From: a virus
IMG/VR virus record: IMGVR_UViG_3300037755_000305
Span: 32,001-96,000 of that record
DNA: 64,000 nucleotides
Direction: 5' to 3' (one strand)
Part shown: in pieces, positions 38,322 to 47,033 of the stretch
Layout: each line of letters begins with the position of its first letter
How positions within the stretch are numbered: the first letter of the stretch is position 1
Position numbers and translations under genes: made by a program
Notes under the pieces: model-generated
What the model saw: the letters and a program-made list of their open reading frames with translations, nothing else
Databases searched by the model: none
What the model was told of the DNA's origin: nothing

Positions 38322-40117
38322 GCAACGAGCAAGCAGGTAAAGATCTCAAGTGGAAGCAGTTCAACGTGGGTACGGGCGGAACTATATGTCTTGTAGATTG
38401 GATGGGGGAAGATTACTCCATCGTAGAGGCAGCCCGAGTATCTTACGGTGAAGGCACTCGACACACCAGCGATGACCGGCAGCTAATTCGCTACCTTATG
38501 CGGCACTGGCACTCTACGCCTTTCGAGATGGCGGAGCTAAAGTTTCGTGTTCGCGTGCCGATGGACACATGGCGGCAGTGGATCAGGCACCGCACCGCCT
38601 GCCTTTCTGGAGACACAACTTTGGTGTTTAACCGGCCCGATGATAACAAGGCGTACAGGATCACAGTAAAAAGCGTATTTGAAAAATTCCAACCTACTGA
38701 GAATAGACATAGACCAGATAAACAAAAAAACCCTATCTTCAAGAGAGAACGTGTCGAAGCTATGCAGCTACGTTCTGTTAACGAAGAAACAGGTGAGATT
38801 ATTCATTCAAACATAGTGGATATTTGGGAATCCGGGATCAAGGACGTATACAGAGTTACAATCAATACGTCCCAAGGCGTTAGGCACGTTAGGGCATCAA
38901 AAGATCATAGATTTTTTACCCCGGATGGATGGAAAACCCTAAGTTGGTTAAATGTCAATGATGAAGTCATTACTATTACTCCCCGAAACGGCACAGCTCC
39001 TCCCGTGTTCAATAATATTGATCCAGATTCGGAAGAATGGGCACCTATAGTTGGGTGGGAAAATTACTACACCATCTCTACACAGGGGAGAGTAAAGAGA
39101 ATTATGGGCGGCAGGGGTTCTCGCTCTCATGGACGCTGTAAAAAGTTAACGGTGAGTAATGGTAGGGCGGTAACGAGTCTTAATCGTCCAGGCGAACAGA
39201 CTGTAATTTTAGTACATAAAGAAATGTTAAGAGCGTTCGTTGGCGAACCAAAATCCGCCGGACAAGAGTCGTTGCACAATAACGGTAATTCTCTTGACAA
39301 TAGAATAGAAAATCTACGCTGGGGATCAAGTCTTGAAAACAGTCAAGACATGGTAGATCACGGGCATTCTTCTTTTTTGTGTGCGCAACCGAAGAAAATA
39401 GTCGCCATTGAACATGACGGCAGAGAAATGACTTACGATCTTGAAGTATCAGGTGATTGGCATAACTTCTCTGCAAACGATTTCGTTGTACACAACTCTG
39501 TAAACGAGTATTCCACTCGGTATTCTGTGGCGATTGACGAATTTGCAGCCACTCTCCCAGGAGAATGGAGAATGCAAGCGGAAAATAACCGGCAAGGATC
39601 TGATGGGCTATTGGAAGCTACAAAAGGCGGAGCGATGCTATCCGCCCAGGAAGATAAGTTTCACCGAGATGCCCGCGCTCTGTACGAAGAGCGGCTAGAA
39701 ATGGGAGTTGCCCGAGAGCAGGCCCGCAAAGATTTGCCGCTTTCCAATTACACGGAGGCATATTGGAAGGTAGACTTACACAATCTTTTCGGCTTTCTTC
39801 GACTCAGAATGGATTCCCACGCCCAGCAAGAGATTCGAGAATTTGCTGAGATTGCAGGGAAAGAGATCGTAGCCAAACTATTTCCCCTTGCATGGGAAGC
39901 TTTTGTGGACTATCGTCTTGAGGCAATTCAGCTCACCAAGCTGGAGATCGGAGTCGTACAGCGCATGATGATAGCAGCTAGAGTGAATCGCACGCGCACA
40001 TTGCTTGAAAATTTTGAAGAATCTCAAGATCCGTCGTGGAAAACACTAAAGAAGTGCCGCGAACGTGACGAATGTAAAGAAAAGCTGATCTTGCTAGGAG
40101 TGATCCCGAATGGGTAA
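38318..40117 (+). CDS. thyX: flavin-dependent thymidylate synthase interrupted by an intein (about 300 aa after splicing)
   Basis: EAARVSY, HSTPFE; splicing restores RHRTA|SVNEYSTRY (RHRx7SxR); NLFGFLRLR..HAQQEIR. Confidence 0.95.
   Translation: MSNEQAGKDLKWKQFNVGTGGTICLVDWMGEDYSIVEAARVSYGEGTRHTSDDRQLIRYLMRHWHSTPFEMAELKFRVRVPMDTWRQWIRHRTACLSGDTTLVFNRPDDNKAYRITVKSVFEKFQPTENRHRPDKQKNPIFKRERVEAMQLRSVNEETGEIIHSNIVDIWESGIKDVYRVTINTSQGVRHVRASKDHRFFTPDGWKTLSWLNVNDEVITITPRNGTAPPVFNNIDPDSEEWAPIVGWENYYTISTQGRVKRIMGGRGSRSHGRCKKLTVSNGRAVTSLNRPGEQTVILVHKEMLRAFVGEPKSAGQESLHNNGNSLDNRIENLRWGSSLENSQDMVDHGHSSFLCAQPKKIVAIEHDGREMTYDLEVSGDWHNFSANDFVVHNSVNEYSTRYSVAIDEFAATLPGEWRMQAENNRQGSDGLLEATKGGAMLSAQEDKFHRDARALYEERLEMGVAREQARKDLPLSNYTEAYWKVDLHNLFGFLRLRMDSHAQQEIREFAEIAGKEIVAKLFPLAWEAFVDYRLEAIQLTKLEIGVVQRMMIAARVNRTRTLLENFEESQDPSWKTLKKCRERDECKEKLILLGVIPNG
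38600..39496 (+). mobile_element. 299-aa intein carrying a NUMOD4-HNH homing endonuclease
   Basis: Starts CLSGDT, block B VRASKDHRFFT, ends TYDLEV..HNFSANDFVVHN/S. Internal EEWAPIVGWENYYTISTQGRV and LHNNGNSLDNRIENL. Confidence 0.93.
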
Positions 40118-40304
40118 TAGAATGGCTCGACTCGAAAAATATGAAGCGAAGGATGGTTTCCGCTGGCGTTTGCTTGCCGCAAACGGTAAAATCATCGCCG
40201 ATAGCGCCGAAGCCTATTCCAGCTCTTACGCCCTGGACAGGGCTGTAACTTCTGTCATCAACGCCTTTCGCACGGGTGTCGTGGAGGTTACGAACAAGGG
40301 TTGA
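40110..40304 (+). CDS. DUF1508/YegP-family protein
   Basis: KDGFRWRLLAANGKIIADSAEAYSS. Confidence 0.85.
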   Translation: MGNRMARLEKYEAKDGFRWRLLAANGKIIADSAEAYSSSYALDRAVTSVINAFRTGVVEVTNKG

Positions 40305-40663
40305 TGGATTGGCGAGTGCTAAAAAATCTTGAAGGGATTCTTTTTTACATCTTGTACGACTTGAGGGAAGACCCGTCGATATCAAAGATTCATCTGCCAA
40401 TGCCCAACGAAGACGGACCTGTTCTTCTTCTCATAAACCAAAAGGACTACACCAATATCTACAGCGAATTGAACGAGATGAACTACAACGAAGGATTCCA
40501 GTGGATGACTTCTCTCGTGTATAGACCGCTGGGTTCAAATAACGCTTCAGACTTGATTCCAGATACGCCATATATTCTAATCGCACACATGGCTCTGGTA
40601 GAAGAAGACATAGAGGAGTTTTTCGACAAATTGACAACTATGCGTCGATGGCTCCCAAACTAA
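40301..40663 (+). CDS. hypothetical protein
   Basis: Coupled 120-aa ORF. Confidence 0.55.
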   Translation: MMDWRVLKNLEGILFYILYDLREDPSISKIHLPMPNEDGPVLLLINQKDYTNIYSELNEMNYNEGFQWMTSLVYRPLGSNNASDLIPDTPYILIAHMALVEEDIEEFFDKLTTMRRWLPN

Positions 40664-40693
40664 CTTATACAGGCAAGTAGCCTGTGTGGGAAC

Positions 40694-40700
40694 ACTAAAG
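40694..40700 (+). promoter_or_regulatory. ACTAAAG motif, preceded by the hairpin ACAGGC-AAGTA-GCCTGT
   Basis: Intergenic, upstream of the secreted-protein gene. Confidence 0.45.
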
Positions 40701-40788
40701 GTCGGCAGTACCGGTCTTAGCGGGTGGATGTTCCACCAAATGATCGAATGATCGAATGATGAAAATTGAAAATTGAGAAGGAACTACA

Positions 40789-41550
40789 ATGCGTAATTTC
40801 GGTATTGCTCTGATCGCGGCGGCGGCACTCTGCGTCGCTAGTCCGGCTGTTGCCAACCTGTTTGGTGGTGACACTACGGACAACAGCATTAACAATTCTG
40901 CCCAGGGTGGGCAGGGCGGCAACGGTACGGGCGTCGGTGTCGGCATTGGACAGGGCGGCAACGCTGGTGCCAATTCGGATTCTGGCGTCTTTGGTTCGGG
41001 CAACAGCCGCGTTGGTGTCGGCCCGGTCGGTAACAACAGCGGCAACAGCCACACAGATGTGAACAACCGCAACAGCAACGCGGCGTTCTCTGGTGTCGAT
41101 TTCGAGGATGCCACGTTCGGCAACAGCAGCAACTCCAATAGCAACACTCTCGGCCAACAGCAAGGGCAGATTCAGGGCCAAAAGCAGGGTCAGATCAACG
41201 CCCAGGGTCAGGACACGGATCAGGCCAACAAGCAGACTACAAAAATCGACGCTTCTGATCGCTCGGTGACCACGATCGAGGCTTCGGACATTCCGGTTGC
41301 TTCGGCTGCTCCGGTCTTCGCTTCGGCTTGTTCCGCTGGCGTGTCCGGTCAGTCCATGGGTTTTGGTGGTTCGCTCGCCACGACGAACCCCATGTGTGAC
41401 ATGGCTCTCGCCGCAGAGATGGCTCGCGCCGTCGGCAATGACGAGCTGGCCTACGAACTGACCCTCGAAGCTGCTAGATTCGCTCGTGCTCGCACGAACG
41501 TTGTTCGCCGCTTCGGTCAGTGGATTCCCTTCGTCGGCTCCCTCTGGTAA
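40789..41550 (+). CDS. secreted Gly/Asn/Gln-rich protein with a C-terminal two-Cys domain
   Basis: Signal peptide MRNFGIALIAAAALCVASPAVA; SAC..MCD; visibly GC-richer codons. Confidence 0.8.
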   Translation: MRNFGIALIAAAALCVASPAVANLFGGDTTDNSINNSAQGGQGGNGTGVGVGIGQGGNAGANSDSGVFGSGNSRVGVGPVGNNSGNSHTDVNNRNSNAAFSGVDFEDATFGNSSNSNSNTLGQQQGQIQGQKQGQINAQGQDTDQANKQTTKIDASDRSVTTIEASDIPVASAAPVFASACSAGVSGQSMGFGGSLATTNPMCDMALAAEMARAVGNDELAYELTLEAARFARARTNVVRRFGQWIPFVGSLW

Positions 41551-41578
41551 GATCGAGTAGCAAACGAAGACAGTTTAG

Positions 41579-41600
41579 GCGGAGGCCGAGTGGCCTCCGC
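41579..41600 (+). other. intergenic stem-loop (9-bp stem, no U-tract): processing or stabilising element
   Basis: GCGGAGGCC-GAGT-GGCCTCCGC, extendable through TTAGGC/GCCTAA. Confidence 0.7.
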
Positions 41601-41624
41601 CGCCTAACTGAATAGGAGTCCAAA

Positions 41625-42377
41625 ATGTTGAATGTACGAAATAGTTACTGGGTTGTTCTGCTTGTTACTGCCCTGCTTTGCTGGGGCAGCGGAGCTGTAG
41701 CGCAGACGGGTGTACACGGGTACACCATCCCCACTGCTGATGGTCCACGGGCTCCCAGCATTGCGGTGTGTGGCTCTACAGCAAATCCCATCGAGGATGG
41801 TCGGCAGGGTCGTCTTGCTGATCGTCGCATGACTGGTCTCGATAGTCGCCGATACACAGCTTCGGTATGTCTTCCTGTCGGTGGAGATACCGGTCCGCGT
41901 GCTTTCTCGGTGCCGATCGAAGTGGCCGAAGCCATCGAAATTGTCGAACACAGTCTTGTCGCGCACTTTGAGCACGATTCTGCTACATTCGATGATGTAG
42001 AGGTTTTGCCAGCGATGGACGTTATCGTGTCATGGATGATCGTCACCCCAGAAGCAGGCTTGAAGCTCCAGGGTCATACTGACTCTACTGGAGACGCCGA
42101 CTACAATATGGAACTTTCTCATCAAAGAGTTGAGGCCGTCAAGTCCCTCTTCGTAAAGAGGGGTGTAGTTGCTGAGCGAATTCGAACCGAATGGTTCGGA
42201 GAGAACAACCTTTTGTTGGCAGTTCTCGGACGACAACGTGATAACCGTCGCGTGGATATCGAGGTCTACCAGATCGTAGAAGGTAAGGTTCTAGACGAAT
42301 TCGTTCCTCCGGTCCCGGTCGATGCTTCGACTGTGATCGGTGTGGTTGATACTCCGGTCTCGACCAAGAGCGAGTAA
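41625..42377 (+). CDS. OmpA-like C-terminal (peptidoglycan-binding) domain protein with a hydrophobic N-terminus
   Basis: HFEHDSA, LQGHTDSTG...YNMELSHQRVEAV, WFGE, NRRVDI. Confidence 0.9.
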   Translation: MLNVRNSYWVVLLVTALLCWGSGAVAQTGVHGYTIPTADGPRAPSIAVCGSTANPIEDGRQGRLADRRMTGLDSRRYTASVCLPVGGDTGPRAFSVPIEVAEAIEIVEHSLVAHFEHDSATFDDVEVLPAMDVIVSWMIVTPEAGLKLQGHTDSTGDADYNMELSHQRVEAVKSLFVKRGVVAERIRTEWFGENNLLLAVLGRQRDNRRVDIEVYQIVEGKVLDEFVPPVPVDASTVIGVVDTPVSTKSE

Positions 42378-42382
42378 GATCC

Positions 42383-42406
42383 GGGCGGGGACTTCGGTCC
42401 CCGCCC
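42383..42406 (+). terminator. probable intrinsic terminator
   Basis: GGGCGGGGAC-TTCG-GTCCCCGCCC (10 bp) followed by AATTCTTATTT. Confidence 0.8.
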
Positions 42407-42416
42407 AATTCTTATT

Positions 42417-42449
42417 TCAATCTCTGCTCTGCGGGTTGGAAGTAGAGAC
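42417..42449 (+). promoter_or_regulatory. 33-nt hairpin element, copy A (followed by TAAAG)
   Basis: TCAATCTCTGCTCTGCGGGTTGGAAGTAGAGAC; 27/33 identical to copy B. Confidence 0.8.
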
Positions 42450-42461
42450 TAAAGGGTAATC

Positions 42462-43607
42462 ATGACCAAGCTACTTCTGACGGTGTGCGCCTCTACTGAT
42501 GACATTGTACAGCTTGAGCCCACCATCGAGGCCCTGTACTACCAGTACGAAGATTGCCAAATTACCCTTCGCACTTTTAACGGATATCAGCCGTTTTTCG
42601 AACATCATCCGTATGTTTCTGAGATCATCGTCTTCGACGAAAACAATGAAGATATTGAGGGTTTCGATGTTTGTCTAGAAATTCCAGACATCAATAGCTG
42701 GTCCTTGGCCTTGCCAATCTCCACTGTAGAAAAGTTCGCTTGCGCCGCAGGGGTCCAGCTTCTACGCAAAACCCCCAAAATCTTCCTTGAGGAATATCCT
42801 GCCGACGAAAATTACATCCTTCTAGCGAAGGTAATCCATAGCGTACCAGAATGTCCCGTTTTTACCGAGAGTCTACACCACGCTTATGAAACGAAAGAAG
42901 TAGGTATTGCTACGGATTCTGACGATCTTCGGCGCATCTTGAAATTGATGGCAGCAGCAACCCTGGTAGTCGGTCCAGATAGTTGGGCCACACAGGCGGC
43001 TGCCGCCCTTGACGTTCGTGTCATCATGTCTATGGACGTTACTAACGAAGCACTGCGCGCTCCCTTTAATGTGGTAGTGGTGCCCGGAACCAAAGAGTCC
43101 ATTCTGCGAGCTGTCGAGGAAACCTTGTTCGAGAAGCGTTACCCGGATTACCTAAATTGCGGAAACGCTGCTGAGTTCATCAAGTGCCTCGCCAAAAAGT
43201 ACATGAAGGCACACTTCGTAGATATCGGCTGTAGCGCGTGGCCCATCCCGAACGGGATTCCGGTAGATAAAGACAACAGGAATGTCATTGAGGATGCCCC
43301 GGACGAATATTTCGCCGGTGTTTTTAGTTCCCACTGTCTTGAACACATTACAGAATGGGCTCAAGAACTTACCCTATGGCATCGTGTAATGAGGACTGGG
43401 GGCGCTATGGTTCTGTATCTTCCACACCCACGGGCCGAAGTATGGCACGCTCGCACAGGCTCCTGGGTAGGCAACGAGCACGTATGGAACCCGGAGCCAG
43501 TACAACTGGTACGATTCCTAAAGGAAGTCCTGGGAATGCACATTGTGGAGTACACGTCCAGGCGAGATCCCCTTTGGAGTTTTCACGTAGTTGCGAGGAA
43601 AATATGA
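42462..43607 (+). CDS. GT9-like glycosyltransferase fused to a SAM methyltransferase, paralog 1
   Basis: DDIVQLEPTIEAL...HPYVSEI; VGPDS..AAAL; VDIGCS; FSSHCLEH; WHRVMRTGG. Confidence 0.8.
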   Translation: MTKLLLTVCASTDDIVQLEPTIEALYYQYEDCQITLRTFNGYQPFFEHHPYVSEIIVFDENNEDIEGFDVCLEIPDINSWSLALPISTVEKFACAAGVQLLRKTPKIFLEEYPADENYILLAKVIHSVPECPVFTESLHHAYETKEVGIATDSDDLRRILKLMAAATLVVGPDSWATQAAAALDVRVIMSMDVTNEALRAPFNVVVVPGTKESILRAVEETLFEKRYPDYLNCGNAAEFIKCLAKKYMKAHFVDIGCSAWPIPNGIPVDKDNRNVIEDAPDEYFAGVFSSHCLEHITEWAQELTLWHRVMRTGGAMVLYLPHPRAEVWHARTGSWVGNEHVWNPEPVQLVRFLKEVLGMHIVEYTSRRDPLWSFHVVARKI

Positions 43608-43629
43608 TGCCAAGTAAGGGAGTTTGAAG

Positions 43630-44022
43630 ATGCCGACAGAAAACAATTATGGACTCTTGCCCGATACTGAGCCAGAAGAAGTAAAAGAAACCGAGGAACT
43701 CAATGAGTTCGACCAGCTCATTGCTTTGATGCTGGAGCTTGATCCGGCTAAGTACGCTTCGCACTGGGAGCCTGTAGAGCTTCGGAAGATGCGTGAGGTA
43801 TTGACTGCTGGTAACGGAAAATTCCCAAAGAAAGTGGTGCCCTATATTCACCTCATCCGAAAGTTCCTCTTCGCCAACGCCCAATTGATCGCCATGGCAG
43901 CACTGGCACACCAGACAGCTACCCAGAAGCGCGAAAAAGAAGAGTCTCTCATTAAGCCCGCCTCATTTGAGGAATTGGGCAAGATCGAATCTAGTCGAAT
44001 CCGAGGAGGTGGTGATGCGTAA
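43630..44022 (+). CDS. hypothetical protein
   Basis: ATG at 43630 after AAGGGAG. Confidence 0.6.
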   Translation: MPTENNYGLLPDTEPEEVKETEELNEFDQLIALMLELDPAKYASHWEPVELRKMREVLTAGNGKFPKKVVPYIHLIRKFLFANAQLIAMAALAHQTATQKREKEESLIKPASFEELGKIESSRIRGGGDA

Positions 44023-44725
44023 AACATGGGACTCTAAAATTGTTGAGGAATTAAGGAATAAAGCTCTCTTACATAAAGAAGACATTGTACTAACGAAGGC
44101 AGAACATGATGACACTGTTTGCAAAATTAAGCACCATGTTTCACAGCTTGACAAGCAGGTGAATGGTAGCCAAGAGTTATATACAAAAAAACGGTCGGCT
44201 ACCAAGGCCAGTGATGACATATTATTAGGAAAATATGGGGAATACCTCGTGTCTCACTGGCTACACAACGGGAACGGAAAGTTACCTTTTCTAGAGCCTG
44301 ACATGAAGGTTTATGCGGCAAGTAAAAAAACTTGGGAGCCCGATTTACGTTTTTCTTCTATGGACAAAAGACTTCCTGATTTCGCAGTCAAAACATGTAG
44401 TCCCATTGCTGCAAAGCTAACTAGAAAGGAGAAAAATGACGACTACTCTTGGACTTTTCAGAATAGCAATAGTAATGGGAATGGTGGAACAGATAAGCTT
44501 GTGTGGGATAAAACTAACGAAGTCATTGTTGTTTTTGTATATGCGGATACCAAAAATAGAGGTGGCACGATTGTAGCCTCTTCTCCTTGGCGCAAGGTTA
44601 GCTGTCTTTTGGGTGAGCCTATTATAGAAAAGTATAAAGGCATAAAAAAATGTATATATTACAGTGACCTAGAAACAGTAGCGCGCGGCGAGCTACGGCG
44701 ATTGAAACAACAGAGGAAAGAATGA
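44015..44725 (+). CDS. AT-rich ORF, putative PD-(D/E)xK-like free-standing endonuclease
   Basis: ATG at 44015 after GAGGAGG; GKYGEYLVSHWL..EPD...PDL...FAVKT; A-rich composition. Confidence 0.5.
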   Translation: MRKTWDSKIVEELRNKALLHKEDIVLTKAEHDDTVCKIKHHVSQLDKQVNGSQELYTKKRSATKASDDILLGKYGEYLVSHWLHNGNGKLPFLEPDMKVYAASKKTWEPDLRFSSMDKRLPDFAVKTCSPIAAKLTRKEKNDDYSWTFQNSNSNGNGGTDKLVWDKTNEVIVVFVYADTKNRGGTIVASSPWRKVSCLLGEPIIEKYKGIKKCIYYSDLETVARGELRRLKQQRKE

Positions 44726-45849
44726 ACCCCACCAAGATACTTGTCACCCGCTATGGAGGTTGTGGAGATATGGTCATGATGGAGCCGGTACTGGAGGCTC
44801 TATTTTACAAGTACGCCCCGGCGGAGGTATATCTGCGAACTCATCCAGTCTACGCTGATTTGCACGAGTTTCATCCTCTTCTAAGTGGCGTCATCAAAGG
44901 TATCCTAACTGCCAGCTATACGCTTCCTGGTTACGACAGTGATGAGAAGAAGCCCCAAGGTTTTGATCGGTTCTACAATACCACTGGCTGCGTAGAAATG
45001 AATCGTGGAATACACGGCATCGACAGTTTTGCGTTCTCTATGAGTGCCGTCCCGTTTCGTAGAACTCCCGTGATGTATCTTGATCCTAGCCGCACTGTCG
45101 AGCCTTTGGATATCGTGATCCATACTCCGAAGCGGTCTCCTGGCTCTCCCAGAAATCACGATTTCCGACATTATGACATTCCTGAGATCGTCGGAAAGCA
45201 CTTCGACTCACAGGGTATCAAGTATCGCTCCATCACCTCTTTTGGTCAAGGTGAGGAGGTAGAGGGTGGTCTCCAGCATATCGCCCAGCAAATAGCAGGA
45301 GCCAAACTCTTCATTGGACCAGATTCGTCCGGTTTTCACATGGCTTCGGCGCTTGGGGTGCCCCATATTGCCGCTTTCACCGATGATTTCCCTGCGGGTA
45401 TAAGGGCTTATCCGAATACTGTCTCCACACGAGATATGGACCTGCCATCTCTTCTACAAAAGGCTACGGCTCTATACACGGCTCCACAAGGTCCTAAATC
45501 GTTTGGGTCGGAGCGGGTAGACCTGTTGAGCGAAAAGTATGCTTATGGGCGAACCCTGGAGCTGGGGAGTCCCATTGAAGGCGGAAACTATGATTTGATT
45601 CGTCTCTCGGGGCTCCTTGAGAACGAGGACTGGAGACAACAACTCTGGGACTATTCGGAACGACTTTCCCCAGGGGGAACCATCTTCATGTACGAACGCT
45701 ACGGGAGTTTTGACCCATTGTTGCTCACCAAGTATTTGATGCTCACGGCAGGGCTGAATGTTGTGGAGTACACAGCGACACCGGACGCCTACGGGCATTT
45801 CTTTGTGGCAGCACAGAAGACACAGCGTCCTCGAACAAGGGCGTTGTGA
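44722..45849 (+). CDS. GT9-like glycosyltransferase fused to a degenerate methyltransferase, paralog 2
   Basis: GGCGDMVMMEPVLEAL; FIGPDSSGFHMASALGVP; TLELGS..YDLI..LSPGG. Confidence 0.85.
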   Translation: MNPTKILVTRYGGCGDMVMMEPVLEALFYKYAPAEVYLRTHPVYADLHEFHPLLSGVIKGILTASYTLPGYDSDEKKPQGFDRFYNTTGCVEMNRGIHGIDSFAFSMSAVPFRRTPVMYLDPSRTVEPLDIVIHTPKRSPGSPRNHDFRHYDIPEIVGKHFDSQGIKYRSITSFGQGEEVEGGLQHIAQQIAGAKLFIGPDSSGFHMASALGVPHIAAFTDDFPAGIRAYPNTVSTRDMDLPSLLQKATALYTAPQGPKSFGSERVDLLSEKYAYGRTLELGSPIEGGNYDLIRLSGLLENEDWRQQLWDYSERLSPGGTIFMYERYGSFDPLLLTKYLMLTAGLNVVEYTATPDAYGHFFVAAQKTQRPRTRAL

Positions 45850-45881
45850 TAATCCCTGCTCTGCGGGTTGATAGCAGAGAC
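45849..45881 (+). promoter_or_regulatory. 33-nt hairpin element, copy B (followed by TAAAG)
   Basis: ATAATCCCTGCTCTGCGGGTTGATAGCAGAGAC. Confidence 0.8.
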
Positions 45882-45893
45882 TAAAGGAATATC

Positions 45894-46172
45894 GTGATTA
45901 CTCTATTCCTCGAAGGACTAGTTTTTGGAATCTGGCTCTTGGGGGCCATGACACCGTTGCTTTTACTGGCAGCGGTCGTGGGTGCCACACTGTATCGACT
46001 TTTTAGGGAAGAATACATAGACGCAGCCACATTCATTGAGGATTTTCCACCGGAAATCCCCACGTCAGAACCCGAACCAGAGCCGCCAAGACATAGGTTC
46101 ATTGCGAGCACTATTGTCCGGCCTCCTAACATCCATAAGGTATCAGATGAAGATTCGGAAGAAAAGCCTTGA
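45894..46172 (+). CDS. small membrane protein
   Basis: Long hydrophobic N-terminus; GTG start 14 nt after the element B stem. Confidence 0.65.
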   Translation: MITLFLEGLVFGIWLLGAMTPLLLLAAVVGATLYRLFREEYIDAATFIEDFPPEIPTSEPEPEPPRHRFIASTIVRPPNIHKVSDEDSEEKP

Positions 46173-46404
46173 AGGTCCGTTCGCAAAAGCCCGATTGTGG
46201 TTGATAGAATTTGCTGATTCGCACAAGCTAAAGAACGAAACCCTGTTAGAACCATTGGAGGCAGATTGGTCAGCCTACGATAAGGTTCGCGCTGCCTACG
46301 TGCTGGGTGTCATTTGGGGACGGTTCCGTCAAATGGAAAGCAAGCTGGAACAAGCCACAGACTACGCCAATCTCGTCAATAAGGAACTTGACGACGATGA
46401 ATGA
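46147..46404 (+). CDS. hypothetical protein
   Basis: ATG at 46147 is preferred over the longer overlapping start. Confidence 0.5.
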   Translation: MKIRKKSLEGPFAKARLWLIEFADSHKLKNETLLEPLEADWSAYDKVRAAYVLGVIWGRFRQMESKLEQATDYANLVNKELDDDE

Positions 46405-47032
46405 CGATTTTAGGATAATCGAGAATTGGCTACCTCTTGATAAGGCTAATCTGATTGCTGACAAGATTGAGACGATCCAAGACTGGGATGCACGTATCTG
46501 CGACAGTTCCGGCGGTCCACGAATCATAGAAAACAGCGCCCTGAAATCTCTAGGCATGACCGCTGAAGAGTACGCCCGCTCTCATCCTGAGAGCCTGGAG
46601 TCTCTGGCTCGGGGCGGCACAATGGCTTACTTGTTCTTTGTCAAGAGATTGGCTACCTTTGATCCTGAACTTGCACATTGGTTCGATACCGACGTGTTGC
46701 CTATAGGTAACATGTTCACGGACCAAGACAACAACTACATTGAAGAACCTCAGGTTACAATGTATTCATCCGGTTGTTTCCTGGGACAACATACCGATGG
46801 TGTGGGCAACAGACAAGTTGCCTTTATTGCCAATTTCACACGTAACTGGCAACCAGATTTCGGTGGCTGCCTGACTGTTTTGTCTAAAGGCAAGTGGCAA
46901 GTTATTACTCCAACTTTCAATTCCCTGGTTCTGATGAACGTTAGATCAGCGAATAGTCACTACGTTAGCCAAGTGGCCAGTTGGGTAACACACAGAAGAA
47001 CAGCCATTACTGGCTGGTTCGGAAGGAGATAA
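46397..47032 (+). CDS. 2OG-Fe(II) oxygenase (prolyl 3/4-hydroxylase-like)
   Basis: FLGQHTDG (HxD), WQPDFGGCL, NSHYVSQV, RTAITGWF; ATG at 46397. Confidence 0.88.
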   Translation: MNDDFRIIENWLPLDKANLIADKIETIQDWDARICDSSGGPRIIENSALKSLGMTAEEYARSHPESLESLARGGTMAYLFFVKRLATFDPELAHWFDTDVLPIGNMFTDQDNNYIEEPQVTMYSSGCFLGQHTDGVGNRQVAFIANFTRNWQPDFGGCLTVLSKGKWQVITPTFNSLVLMNVRSANSHYVSQVASWVTHRRTAITGWFGRR

Positions 47033-47033
47033 A

